In this document: one piece after another, positions 1 through 11,624 of the stretch
Layout: each line of letters begins with the position of its first letter
Numbering within the stretch: the first letter of the stretch is position 1
NCBI RefSeq assembly: GCF_902713615.1
Contig: NW_024055491.1
Span: 62,001 to 126,000 of the forward strand
Reading direction: 5' to 3'
DNA: 64,000 nucleotides
DNA from: Scyliorhinus canicula
Lineage: Eukaryota
Translations under genes and position numbers: made by a program
The notes under the pieces: generated by a model
What the model was told of the DNA's origin: nothing
Database searches by the model: none
Seen by the model: the letters and a program-made list of their open reading frames with translations, nothing else

Positions 1-170
1 CTGGAGTCCCCACCTCTGGATCTCTCATGGCTGGATTCCCCACCTCTGGATCTCTCACTGCTGGATTTCCCGCCTCTGAATCTCTCGCTGCTGGATTCCC
101 CACCTCTGGATCTCTCACGGCTGGATTCCCCACCTCTGGATCTCTTACTGCCAGATTTGCCACCTCTGGG
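1..170. repeat. 30-bp minisatellite, about 5.5 copies, truncated by the window start
   Basis: Unit ctggattccccacctctggatctctcacgg recurs at 1, 31, 61, 91 and 121, with a diverged copy at 151. Confidence 0.9.
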
Positions 171-395
171 GGAATCCAGTATGAAGATCCAATCAACCGT
201 TTTGTTCTTCTTTTCCCAGCTGCTCAGACTTCCTTCCGCTCCATCTCCCACTCAGAGCTTAACTGTTCACTTGCTAAACTCCCCTTATATACATAGAACA
301 TAGAACATAGAACATAGAACGATACAGCGCAGTACAGGCCCTTCGGCCCTCGATGTTGCACCGACATGGAAAAAAAAAACTAAAGGCCATCTAAC

Positions 396-3266
396 CTACA
401 CTATGCCCTTATCATCCATATGCTTATCCAATAAATTTTTAAATGCCCTCAATGTTGGCGAGTTCACTACTGTTGCAGGTAGGGCATTCCACGGCCTCAC
501 CACTCTTTGCGTAAAAAACCCACCTCTGACCTCTGTCCTATATCTATTACCCCTCAATTTAAGGCTATGTCCCCTCGTGCTAGCCACCTCCATCCGCGGG
601 AGAAGGCTCTCGCTGTCCACCCTATCTAACCCTCTGATCATTTTGTATGCCTCTATTAAGTCACCTCTTAACCTTCTTCTCTCTAACGAAAACAACCTCA
701 AGTCCATCAGCCTTTCCTCATAAGATTTTCCATCCATACCAGGCAACATCCTGGTAAATCTCCTCTGCACCCGTTCCAAAGCTTCCACGTCCTTCCTATA
801 ATGAGGCGACCAGAACTGTACGCAATACTCCAAATGCGGCCGTACCAGAGTTTGGTACAGCTGCATCATGACCTCATGGCTCCGGAACTCAATCCCTCTA
901 CCAATAAAGGCCAACACACCATAGGCCTTCTTCACAACCCTATCAACCTGGGTGGCAACTTTCAGGGATCTATGTACATGGACACCGAGATCCCTCTGCT
1001 CATCCACACTACCAAGAATGTTACCATTAGCCAAATATTCCGCATTCCTGTTATTCTTTCCAAAGTGAATCACCTCACACTTCTCCACATTAAACTCCAT
1101 TTGCCACCTCTCAGCCCAGCTCTGCAGCTTATCTATGTCCCTCTGTAACCTGCAACATCCTTCCGCACTGTCTACAACTCCACCGACTTTAGTGTCGTCT
1201 GCAAATTTACTCACCCATCCTTCTGCGCCCTCCTCTAGGTCATTTATAAAAATGACAAACAGCAACGGCCCCAGAACAGATCCTTGTGGTACGCCACTCG
1301 TAACTGAACTCCATTCTGAACATTTCTCATCAACTACCACTCTCTGTCTTCTTTCAACTAGCCAATTTCTGATCCACATCTCTAAATCACCCTCAATCCC
1401 CAGCCTCCGTATTTTCTGCAATAGCCGACCGTGGGGAACCTTATCAAACGCTTTACTGAAATCCATATACACCACATCAACTGCTCTACCCTCGTCTACC
1501 TGTTCAGTCACCTTCTCAAAGAACTCGATAAGGTTTGTGAGGCATGACCTACCCTTCACAAAACCATGCTGACTATCCCTAATCATAGTATTCCTATCTA
1601 GATGATTATAAATCGTATCTTTTATAATCCTCTCCAAGACTTTACCCACCACAGACGTTAGGCTCACCGGCCTATAGTTACCGGGGTTATCTCTACTCCC
1701 CTTCTTGAACAAAGGGACCACATTTGCTATCCTCCAGTCCTCTGGCACTATTCCTGTAGCCAATGATGACCTAAAAATCAAAGCCAAAGGCTCAGCAATC
1801 TCTTCCCTGGCTTCCCAGAGAATCCTAGGATAAATCCCATCCGGCCCCGGGGACTTATCTATTTTCACCTTGTCCAGAATTGCCAACACTTCTTCCCTAC
1901 GCACCTCAATGCCATCTATTCTAATAGCCTGGGTCTCAGCATTCTCCTCCTCAATATTATCTTTTTCTTGAGTGAATACTGATGAAAAGTATTCATTTAG
2001 TATCTCGCTTATCTCCTCAGCCTCCACACACAACTTCCCACCACTGTCCTTGACTGGCCCTACTCTTACCCTAGTCATTCTTTTATTCCTGACATACCTA
2101 TAGAAAGCTTTTGGGTTTTCCTTGATCCTACCTGCCAAAGACTTCTCATGTCCCCTCCTTGCTCGTCTCAGCTCTCTCTTTAGATCCTTCCTCGCTTCCT
2201 TGTAACTATCAAGCGCCCCAACTGAAACTTCACGCCTCATCTTCACATAGGCCTCCTTCTTCCTCTTAACAAGAGATTCCACTTCTTTGGTAAACCACGG
2301 TTCCCTCGCTCGACCCCTTCCTCCCTGCCTGACTGGTACGTACTTATCAAGAACATGCAATAGCTGTTCCTTGAACAAGCTCCACATATCCAGTGTGCCC
2401 AACCCTTGCAGCCTACTTCTCCAACCAACACATCCTAAGTCATGTCTAATGGCATCATAATTGCCCTTCCCCCAGCTATAACTCTTGCTCTGCGGGGTAT
2501 ACTTATCCCTTTCCATCACTAACGTAAAGGTCACCGAATTGTGGTCACTGTCTCCAAAGTGTTCACCTACCTCCAGATCTAACACCTGGCCTGGTTCATT
2601 ACCCAAAACCAAATCCAAAGTGGCCTCACCTCTTGTTGGCCTGTCAACATATTGTGTCAGAAAACCCTCCTGCACACATTGTACAAAGAACGACCCATCC
2701 AATGTACTCGAACTATATCTTTTCCAGTCTACCCTGTTACTTTCGCTCTTTTCCAGAATCATCTTCGCCATCCTTTCCTCTACATCTCTAGAACTATTAG
2801 GTGGCCTATAGAAAACTCCCAACAGGGTGACCTCTCCTTTCCTGTTTCTAACCTCAGCCCATACTACCTCGGAAGAAGAGTCCCCATCTTGCATCCTTTC
2901 TACCACCGTAATACTGTCCTTGACTAGCAGCGCCACACCTCCCCCTCTTTTGCCCCCTTCTCTGACCTTACTAAAGCACCTAAACCCCGGAACCTGCAAC
3001 AACCATTCCTGTCCCTGCTCTATCCATGTCTCTGAAATGGCCACAACATCGAAGTCCCAGGTACCAACCCATGCTGCCAGTTCCCCTACCTTATTTCGTA
3101 TACTCCTGGCATTGAAATAAACACACTTCAAACCACAGACCTGAACACTGCCGCCCTCCTGCGAAGTCAAAACTGTGCTCCTGACCTCTCTACTCTCAAT
3201 CTCTCGCACTCCAAAACTACAATCCAGGTTCCCATGCCCCTGCTGAATTAGTTTAAACCCCCCCAA
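396..3266 (-). CDS. CR1 ORF2: APE-like endonuclease plus reverse transcriptase (no AUG before the EN domain; GDFN motif deleted)
   Basis: EN motifs YFNARS, AISETW, GGGVALL, YRPP, SDHN; RT motifs YRPVSL, DFSKAFD, GVPQGSVLGP, FADD. The ORF track start codon is TTG. Confidence 0.93.
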   Translation of the reverse strand: MGGFKLIQQGHGNLDCSFGVREIESREVRSTVLTSQEGGSVQVCGLKCVYFNARSIRNKVGELAAWVGTWDFDVVAISETWIEQGQEWLLQVPGFRCFSKVREGGKRGGGVALLVKDSITVVERMQDGDSSSEVVWAEVRNRKGEVTLLGVFYRPPNSSRDVEERMAKMILEKSESNRVDWKRYSSSTLDGSFFVQCVQEGFLTQYVDRPTRGEATLDLVLGNEPGQVLDLEVGEHFGDSDHNSVTFTLVMERDKYTPQSKSYSWGKGNYDAIRHDLGCVGWRSRLQGLGTLDMWSLFKEQLLHVLDKYVPVRQGGRGRAREPWFTKEVESLVKRKKEAYVKMRREVSVGALDSYKEARKDLKRELRRARRGHEKSLAGRIKENPKAFYRYVRNKRMTRVRVGPVKDSGGKLCVEAEEISEILNEYFSSVFTQEKDNIEEENAETQAIRIDGIEVRREEVLAILDKVKIDKSPGPDGIYPRILWEAREEIAEPLALIFRSSLATGIVPEDWRIANVVPLFKKGSRDNPGNYRPVSLTSVVGKVLERIIKDTIYNHLDRNTMIRDSQHGFVKGRSCLTNLIEFFEKVTEQVDEGRAVDVVYMDFSKAFDKVPHGRLLQKIRRLGIEGDLEMWIRNWLVERRQRVVVDEKCSEWSSVTSGVPQGSVLGPLLFVIFINDLEEGAEGWVSKFADDTKVGGVVDSAEGCCRLQRDIDKLQSWAERWQMEFNVEKCEVIHFGKNNRNAEYLANGNILGSVDEQRDLGVHVHRSLKVATQVDRVVKKAYGVLAFIGRGIEFRSHEVMMQLYQTLVRPHLEYCVQFWSPHYRKDVEALERVQRRFTRMLPGMDGKSYEERLMDLRLFSLERRRLRGDLIEAYKMIRGLDRVDSESLLPRMEVASTRGHSLKLRGNRYRTEVRGGFFTQRVVRPWNALPATVVNSPTLRAFKNLLDKHMDDKGIV

Positions 3267-4174
3267 AGAGTACTAACAAATCTCCCCCCCAGGATATTGG
3301 TGCCCCTCAGGTTCAGATGTAGACCATCCTGTCTATAGAGGTCCCACCTTCCCCAGAAACAGCCCCAGTTATCCAGAAATCTGAATCCCTCCCGCCTGCA
3401 CCATCCCTGTAGCCACGTGTTTAATTGCTCTCTCTCCCTATTCCTCATCTCATTATCACGTGGCACGGGCAACAACCCAGAGATAACAACTCTGTTTGTT
3501 CTCGCTCTGAGCTTCCATCCTAGCTCCCTAAAGGCCTGCCTGACATCCTTGTCCCCTTTCCTACCTATGTCGTTAGTGCCAATGTGGACTACGACTTGGG
3601 GCTGCTCCCCCTCCCCCTTAAGGACCCGGAAAACACGATCCGAGACATCACGTACCCTTGCACCTGGGAGGCAACATACCAAACGTGAGTCTCTCTCGCT
3701 CCCACAAAATCTCCTATCTGTGCCCCTGACTATTGAGTCCCCAATTACTAATGTTCTACTCCTTTCCCCCCTTCCCTTCTGAGCAACAGGGACAGACTCC
3801 GTGCCAGAGGCCCGTACCCCATGGCTTACCCCTGGTAAGTCGTCCCCCCCACAAGTATCCAAAACGGTATAATTGTTACTCAGGGGAACGACCGCAGGGG
3901 GTCCCTGCACTGACTGCTTCTTCCCAGTCCCTCTTACAGTTACCCATCTATCTCCAGTCTTTTGTGTAACTACTTCCCTGAAGCTCCTATCTATGACCCC
4001 CTCTGCCTCCCGAATGATCCGAAGTTCATCCAGCTCAAGCTCCAGGTCCCTAACACGGTTTTTGAGGAGCTGGAGTTGGGTGCACTTCCCACAGATGAAA
4101 TCAGCAGGGACACTGACGGCGTCCCTCACCTCAAACATTCTGCAGGAGGAGCATTGTACTGCCTTCCCTGACAT
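3248..4174 (-). CDS. CR1 ORF1: N-terminal Cys cluster, coiled coil and SGNH/GDSL esterase-like domain
   Basis: CSSC...CGKC then LQLLKNRVRDLELEL zipper; VIGDSIVR and VHIGTND blocks, DGLHL; ATG at 4174. Confidence 0.9.
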   Translation of the reverse strand: MSGKAVQCSSCRMFEVRDAVSVPADFICGKCTQLQLLKNRVRDLELELDELRIIREAEGVIDRSFREVVTQKTGDRWVTVRGTGKKQSVQGPPAVVPLSNNYTVLDTCGGDDLPGVSHGVRASGTESVPVAQKGRGERSRTLVIGDSIVRGTDRRFCGSERDSRLVCCLPGARVRDVSDRVFRVLKGEGEQPQVVVHIGTNDIGRKGDKDVRQAFRELGWKLRARTNRVVISGLLPVPRDNEMRNREREQLNTWLQGWCRREGFRFLDNWGCFWGRWDLYRQDGLHLNLRGTNILGGRFVSTLWGGLN

Positions 4175-4423
4175 CCCCTCTAGATTAAAAAAAAACAAGA
4201 AAAAGAAAAAGAAAGGAAGAGCTTACCTGATATTACCTCAAACCCTGATCCCGCTGAAAGGTAAGCAAATTTAAAGGCACTCACTCACCTTCACGACAGG
4301 CCCCTGCTCCCACTTCCCAACCACCGTGGGGTGGGGGGGTTGGTTAGAGGAGGAGGTAGGGTGGGAAACACTCACAAAGTGTTTCGGGTTTAACTGTCAC
4401 TTGCCAACAGCCCCTCCACAAAC

Positions 4424-4767
4424 CACCTTCAACTTAGGCTGACCGCACTGCACGTATGCAAATTTCCCCAGAACAGCTGATCAGTAGCTCTGCTCTGCTG
4501 CCCTCTGCTGGTTGCTTGCCTTTACTCAAATTCCTTGGGTCTTCTTCGCAGGTTCACCTTCAACTTAGGCTGACCGCACTGCACGTATGCAAATTTCCCC
4601 AGAACAGCTGATCAGTAGCTCTGCTCTGCTGCCCTCTGCTGGTTGCTTGCCTTTACTCAAATTCCTTGGGTCTTCTTCGCAGGTTCACCTTCAACTTAGG
4701 CTGACCGCACTGCACGTATGCAAATTTCCCCAGAACAGCTGATCAGTAGCTCTGCTCTGCTGCCCTC
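4424..4767 (-). repeat. 2.6 near-identical 131-bp monomers at the CR1 5' end
   Basis: caccttcaacttaggc recurs at 4424, 4555 and 4686 (period 131). Confidence 0.92.
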
Positions 4768-5969
4768 AGGGAGAGCTGGGGATGTAGCACAAATTCTATG
4801 TATAAATTTTTAAAATAAATTATTTCTGCTCACTGTACATGATTGAGGAATGTGCAGTCATCAGCTAATCCCACACGCCCAGTCTGGTGTCAGCTGATTA
4901 TGGAATCACAAAAAGGCTGATGTCATTTTATGACATCACAATAGAATGTGATGACATCAGTAGATTCCACAATCCCAATGGAATGCTGTGATGTCAGCTG
5001 GACTTTAGCCATAAAGTGTGATGGGAAATGTACAGAACTGTCCCAGTTTTCTTTAATAGAGAAACTCTGCTGTCCCTGTCTCAACTCTCACTGAGTCCCA
5101 TTCACCGATCATCCCCAGCTCTCCCTGACCTGCATTAACTGCCATTAAATTAACGACTCTGTTTTAAACCTGCCTCTGTGGTTCAGTGTCAAATTCTCTT
5201 TGGTATTCACATTTGTAAAAATCTTGGGGAAGTTTAAAGGTACTATACAAATGGGTGTTGTTTTTGTTGTTGTGGTTAGATCATATTCAGTGGAATCAGC
5301 TATTGTTAAGCAGTCAAACGCTTTCTTGCTGTGTCCAGAGAGAGCTACAGGAAGGTTGTTGACTAGATTCGGCCGTGCAAGACTTCAATGTTTAAAATAT
5401 ACCGAGGAAAACATTGTTATATCTTCTCTTTAAATACATAAACAGGGAAGGGGCTGAAATGAAATTTGTCCCTTTTAACCTGCACAAAGAGGCTCAGATT
5501 CACAGGCTGCAGGAGGAGTCCATTTGGTCCATCATTCCCCTGTTATGTCTCTGAAAGGACTCCGATTCATCCACCTGCTCAGCTCTTCCCCCAGTCCTGC
5601 AAATTCTTCCCTTTCAAGTACTTACGCTTTGGAAAGATACTATTGAATCTGCTTTCAGGCAGATCAGAACTCACTGTGAAAAATGAAATCTCTTCTCCCA
5701 CTCTGGCTCCTTTGCCAATGGCCTTAGAGGGACTGGCTTTCTGTTAAAGAGCCTGCCAACCCCTCTCACTCACTTTCCCTCAAGGGCATCAATCTAACAA
5801 TGAAAAGTCCACCAAATTCAAATAGATATTAATGAAATTAACAAATTAAATGTCAGTGGAGAAAGATTGTTCAGAGTGCGGCTAACCTCCGGAATGTGGA
5901 CAGATGAAAGACAAGACACCTGTAGTGGTAAGAAAAAGACTATTTACTTCAAATATACACAGAAAATAG

Positions 5970-6790
5970 GGAGGCGGCCATTCGGCCCTTCGAGCCTGCT
6001 CCACCATTCATTATGATCATGGCTAATCATCAAATTCAATACCCCGATCCTGCCTCCACCCCCCCACCCACCCCGCCGTAGCTAAATCTAATTCCTTCGT
6101 GAAATTAAACAGCGTTTTGGCCTCAACTACTTTTCTTGGGAGTGAATTCCACAGATTAACTACTCTCTGGTGAAGAAATTTCCCCTCACCTCAGTTCTAA
6201 AAGGTTCACCCCTTATCCCCAAACTGTGACCACTAGTTCTGAATTCTGTAAGTTTCGATGAGATCCTCTCTCCCTCTTCTAAACTCCAATAAATATAACC
6301 CTCACTGACTTAGTCTCTCCTCATATGACAGTCCCACCATCCCAGGAATCAGCCTGATAAACCTTTGCTGCACTCCCTCTGTAGGAAGAACCTCCTTCCT
6401 CAGATAAGGACACAAAATCTGAACACAATACATCAGGTTTTGCCTAACCAATGCCCTGTACAATCACAGTAAAACATCCCTATTCCTATCCTCAAATTCT
6501 CTCGCTATGAAGGCCAACATACCATTTGCCTTCTTTACTGCCTGCTGTACCTGAGCACTTACTTTCAGCGTTTGATACACGAGGACACCAAAGTCTCGCT
6601 GAGTATCCACCTCTCCCAATTTACACCCATTCAACAAATAATTTGCTTTCCTGTTTTTGCGACCAAAGCTGAAACCGCACATTTATCCACATTATACTGC
6701 ACCTGCCATGTATATACCCACTCAGCCTGTCCAAATCCTGCTGAAGCGTCTCTCCTCACAGTTCACCCTCCCACCCAACTCTGCATCATT
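5970..6790 (-). mobile_element. Degenerate CR1 3' fragment
   Basis: The minus-strand ORF remnant YLLNGCKL...VQQAVKKANGMLAFIAR matches the CR1 RT C-terminus. Confidence 0.75.
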
Positions 6791-7792
6791 TATTTACTGT
6801 GTTATGGATACCAGACCAGACCCCAATTTATATTAGGAATCCGGACGAGACTCCAACGTTTTTCAATTTATAAAACTGTGAGGAAAAGATATTTCACCCC
6901 ACGAGTGATTCCACTGACTAACAGCGATCTTTTATATTAAAACAAACGTTATTATTAACACAGTACCAACTACACTGACATCACAGAGAATAGCTGCAAT
7001 TAACAGGTAACCTATTCTTAATTACTACCCGAGAGCTTCTTATTCTCCAATTAATCAAAGCCACTTGGAAATAAAGTTAGCAAACACAGGGATCTTTGCT
7101 GTCCTCTGTGTAGAGTTGCTTTCAGTAGAAGTGAGAGACCTTTCAGCTATCTGTCTTTGACTCATTAGTTACATTTTGCTACCCCGCTAACTGTCTTATT
7201 GCCATTTTAATAAGGCTAAACACAACTCCTCAATTATCTTAAACCCCAGTGAACCTTTCTATAAACTAGATTTAATTCGCCCAATTTAGGAAAACAATTA
7301 AATGGTTAGATTCAATGATTATCCCATTTTTACAAAATTTTAATTGCATCTTTTGCAAGCATACCATCTGCCTGTATGTTAGATTTAGATTTATTGTCAC
7401 ATGTGCAGAGATAGTGAAAACTATTGTTCTGCATACAATCCAGGCAGATCGTTCCATGCGTGAAATAACATAGGACATACGATAAATACACAATGTAAAT
7501 GCATAGACATAGATATTGGGTGATGCAGAGTATAGTGATATTGTAAATGTAGATTTTCAAAAATATTTCTGCAATATATATAAAATTGAATGTATAAAAA
7601 TTTCCTACATTCATCAGAACTTTCCAGGATAAAATTAATGCATTTCATCTGCTTCTGTGGATCATTTCAGTAGAAATGTGCCCTCGCTCAGAGATTCAGC
7701 CGACAGAAATTAAAATTGGGACACTGGCCAGTGCAACGGAAAGAAACCTCCCCCGACCCTCCCACTTCACCCACTGTCAGAATGAACGTGGG

Positions 7793-8596
7793 TCAGTCCT
7801 GGATGTGATTAACAGCAGCAACAGCAGAATCCAACCCCTGTAATGACTTGTGAACTCGCTGGTGTTTCTGCAGGTGGGCTGTACTTCTGAATCCGTTCCC
7901 ACACATGGAGCAGATAAACGGCTTCTCATCAGTGTGAAGTCGCTGGTGTGTTAACAAGTTGGATGAATTAACAAATCTCTTCCCACACACAGAGCAGGTG
8001 AACGGCCTCTCCCCAGTGTGTACTCGCTGGTGTGTCTGCAGGTTGGTTAACTGAGTGAACCCTTTCCCACACACTGAGCAGGTGAACGGCTTCTCCCCAG
8101 TGTGAACTCGCTGGTGTCTCTGCAGGTGGATTGAATCAACAAATCTGTTTCCACAAATGGAACAAGTAAATGGCTTCTCCCCAGTGTGAATTCGCTGGTG
8201 TCTGCTCAGGCTGGATGGATCTCCAAATCCCTTCCGACACACGGAGCAGGTGAATGGTCTCTCCCCAGAGTGAACTCGCTGGTGTCTCAGCAGGCTGGAC
8301 AACTGAGTGAATCCCTTCCCACAGTCAGAACAGGTGTATGGCCTCTCCCCAGTGTGAACTCGGGAGTGTGTGTGCAGGTTGGATGAATCGCCGAATCCCT
8401 TCCCACACACGGAGCAGATAAACGGCATCTCCCGAGTGTGAATTCGCTGGTGCCTCAGCAGGCTGCATAACTGAGCGAATCCCTTCCCACAGTCAGAACA
8501 GGTGAACGGCCTCGCCCCAGTGTGAATTCGGGAGTGTATGAGCAGTTTGGATGAATCTCCGAATCCCTTCCCACACACAGAGCAGATAAACGGCAT
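7793..8596 (-). CDS. C2H2 zinc-finger protein ZNF-A, 9 fingers, ORF from an internal Met; upstream part of the exon decayed
   Basis: Nine CxxC-x12-HxxxH fingers with TGEK/RPF linkers. Frameshifted finger remnants at 8600-8900. Splice acceptor ...ttaacag|gatatt at 9038 with a TACTGAC branch-like motif. Confidence 0.85.
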   Translation of the reverse strand: MPFICSVCGKGFGDSSKLLIHSRIHTGARPFTCSDCGKGFAQLCSLLRHQRIHTREMPFICSVCGKGFGDSSNLHTHSRVHTGERPYTCSDCGKGFTQLSSLLRHQRVHSGERPFTCSVCRKGFGDPSSLSRHQRIHTGEKPFTCSICGNRFVDSIHLQRHQRVHTGEKPFTCSVCGKGFTQLTNLQTHQRVHTGERPFTCSVCGKRFVNSSNLLTHQRLHTDEKPFICSMCGNGFRSTAHLQKHQRVHKSLQGLDSAVAAVNHIQD

Positions 8597-11500
8597 CTCA
8601 GTGTGATGTCACCAGTGTGTAAGCAGAATGAATGAATGGACGAATCCTTTCCCACGCAGCGAGCAGGTATATGGTCTCTCCCAGTGTGAACTTGCTGGTG
8701 TTTGCGTAGACTGGATGAAGTAGTAACTCCCTTCCTCCACAGAGCAGGTGAACAGTGTGACCCCGCTGTGACCTCACTGGTGTGTCAGCAGGTTGGATGA
8801 AGCAGTAAATCCTTTCCCACACTGAGAGCAGGTGAACGGTCTCTTGTGTGAGTGAGTCGATGAGTTTCCAGCTCAGATGGGGAAGTGAATCCATTCCCAC
8901 AATCCCTACGGTTTCCCCCTGGTGCGGGAGTCTCGGTGCTTTTCCAGTCACACTGATGGTAAAATGGCCGACGCCGTCAGATCTCAATGTGAAGTTTGGT
9001 TTGAGATTTCTGGCTGCAAATACTCGCCGTTGAATATCCTGTTAAAGGAGTTTACAAATATCATCACTGTCAGTACAGCTCAAAAATTCAGAACAGACAA
9101 TTCTAGTTACTTTCACACACAAACATACACACACACTATCTCTCTCTCCCTCCATTCTCACTCTGCTGTATCTAAGATACACACTGCCTATTCTCCAGAA
9201 GGTGCTAATTCCCGCTGATCGACAGATCAACACTCAGCGTTTCCTGTTCTCGACCAAGAGATCTTATATCCTCAGAAATAAGAGGAGAAGGCCATTCAGC
9301 CCATCAAACCTGCTTTTCTATTTAATAAGATCATGGCTGATCGGATTGTGACCTGAACTTCATTTTCTTCCTGTCACCCGTAACCCTCGACTCCCTTTTT
9401 GATCAAAACTCTAACTGGGCCTTGTATATATTTAACGATGCAGCCTCCACTGCTCTCTGGGGAAGAGAATTGCAAAGACTAACCCCCCTCTGAGGGAAGA
9501 CATTTCCCCTCATCTCCATCAGAAATGGGGACCCTTTATTTTGACAATCTGCCCACTCGCTCCTGAATCCCCCATGAGGGGAAACATCCTCTCTTCATCT
9601 CCCCTATCATGTTACCTCAGAATCTTTTTTGTTTCAATATGATCACCTCGAAACTCCAATGAGTCCAGGCCCAACCTTTCCTCACAACACAACACCTTCA
9701 TCCCAGGAATCAGCCCAATGATCCTTCTCTGAACTGCTCCCAATGCAAGAATCACCCTCCTTAGTGAAGGAGATTAAAAGTGTGCACCGTACTCCAGGTA
9801 CTGTGATCTGATAGTCATTACAGAGACACGGCTGCAAGATGACAAAGGCTGGGACCTGAATATTCACAGCTGCGTGACTTTTCAGAAGGACAGGAAACTG
9901 GGAATATGCGGAGGGGCAGCTCTGTTAATTAAGGATGACATTATTACAATAGAGAGAGATGACCTTAGTTCTGGAGATCACGATGTACAATCACATTGGG
10001 TAACGATAGAAAATGATAAAGGTAGGAAGTCACTGTGGGAGTAGTTTCTAGGCACCCCCTAACAATAACCACACTGTAGGACGGAGAATACAGGAAGAAA
10101 TAAGGGCTTGTGAGAAAAGTACTGCAATAATCATGTGATTTTTATCCACATATAGATTGTGGAAATCAGATTGGCAAAGGTAGCCAGGCAGATGAGCTCA
10201 TTTGTTTTTTTAAATTTAGAGTACCCAGTTCATTTTTTCCAATTGAGGGGCAATTTAGTGTGGCCAATCCACCTATCCTGCACATCTTTGTGTTGTGGTG
10301 GTGAAACCCACACAAACATAGGGAAAATGTGCAAACTCCACACAGACAGGGAGCCAGGGCTGAGATCGAACCCAGGTCCTCAGTGCCGTGAAACAGCAGT
10401 GTTAACCACTGCAACACCGTGTTTCCCTGCAGATGAGCACATAGAGAGTGTTTTGGGGGCAGTTTCTTAAGAACAGCTGGCCACAGAGCAAACTATTATA
10501 GATCACCCAATCACTGAATTGTTAGGGTGCAGAAGGCCCATTGTGTCTGCACCGGATCTCCAAATGAGGATGATGACTTGGTGCCGTTCCCCGTACCTCC
10601 CTTGACAACTTCACATCTGAAATTATTGCTCAATACTGGGTTACAAAGTCCTCGGGGTTAAACCCAGCAGCTTCTCCTGCATCTCCATTCCAGCCAAACT
10701 GATACAACAAACCAAAGGGAATTGGACAAGACCTTGGAAAGAAAAAAACACTGCAAGGAAGTGAAGAAAGGGCAGGGGAGTGGGATGAGGCAGCATAGTT
10801 ATGGTGGGCCGAATGGCCTCCATCTGCATTGTAATCATTCAATGATTCTGTGAAAAAGGACTGTAACTGGAGGCCAGATACTAACCTCCACAAACAACAC
10901 CCCCCCCCCAACACAAATCAGTTCTTAATTGGTCTATCTCTGCTTCTAGACTCGCTTCTGTGAGAAACGTCTGCAACAAAATAATAGCAAAATACTGGTT
11001 GCTGAAAATCTGAAATAAAAATATTCTGAAATGAAAATACTCAACATGTCAGTGAGTAACTGTGGCAAGAGAAACAGATTTAACATCTCAGGGTGACAGA
11101 ATCAATAAACATAAGAACAAGGAGCAGGAGTCGCCATTCAGCCCCTCAATCCTGCTCCACCATTTAATAAGGTCGTGGCTGGTCTGATAGTAATCTCAAA
11201 TCTTCAATTACACGGAATAAATATGGTGCAGAATTTGATGGTTAATATTAGCTGATGAACAGAAGAGAAATGATCTCTAGTGCAGGAAAAACAATTCCTG
11301 ACCATGGGAAGATAAAGATGGTAAATCAGCAGCACATAGCCAAGCGATGGGCAGCAGTGAAATCTTCATTGAGACACATTGGAAGAAATAACAATAAAAT
11401 ACCAAACATGGTTAAAATAAATCCACTATTAGAGGCAGAAAACGTTAAACAATGGCAGAGAGGTGATGAGGGAGGGCAGAGCTGAAACAGAGCAATGGGT

Positions 11501-11624
11501 GAACATGGATTCAGATCCACAATAAAGGAGACAAACCTGCCCCAGAGCCCTGAAACCAGAGCACAGATAACAAAGCACAATGCTAAAAACTTTAAATTAT
11601 AGATGAATGCTCGATAATACTCAC

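Larger units (their letters stand above)
291..4767 (-). mobile_element. Near full-length CR1-clade non-LTR retrotransposon (LINE)
   Basis: (ACATAGA)n 3' tail at 291-320; ORF2 with APE and RT domains; ORF1 with zinc-finger/leucine-zipper and SGNH esterase; tandem 131-bp units at the 5' end. The 5' boundary is approximate and no TSD is seen. Confidence 0.93.

Noticed and set aside
27-296. 89-aa ORF with a 10-aa repeat (AGFPTSGSLT)
   Set aside because: Translation of the 30-bp minisatellite; no ATG start, domain or splice support.
403-4274. Plus-strand ORFs overlapping the CR1
   Set aside because: Antisense shadows of ORF1 and ORF2 with no independent motifs.
6798-7365. Possible solo LTR starting TGTTATGG (similar guess for 29770-30540)
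   Set aside because: No matching terminal CA/TSD pair or second copy found by eye; this needs a repeat-library search.
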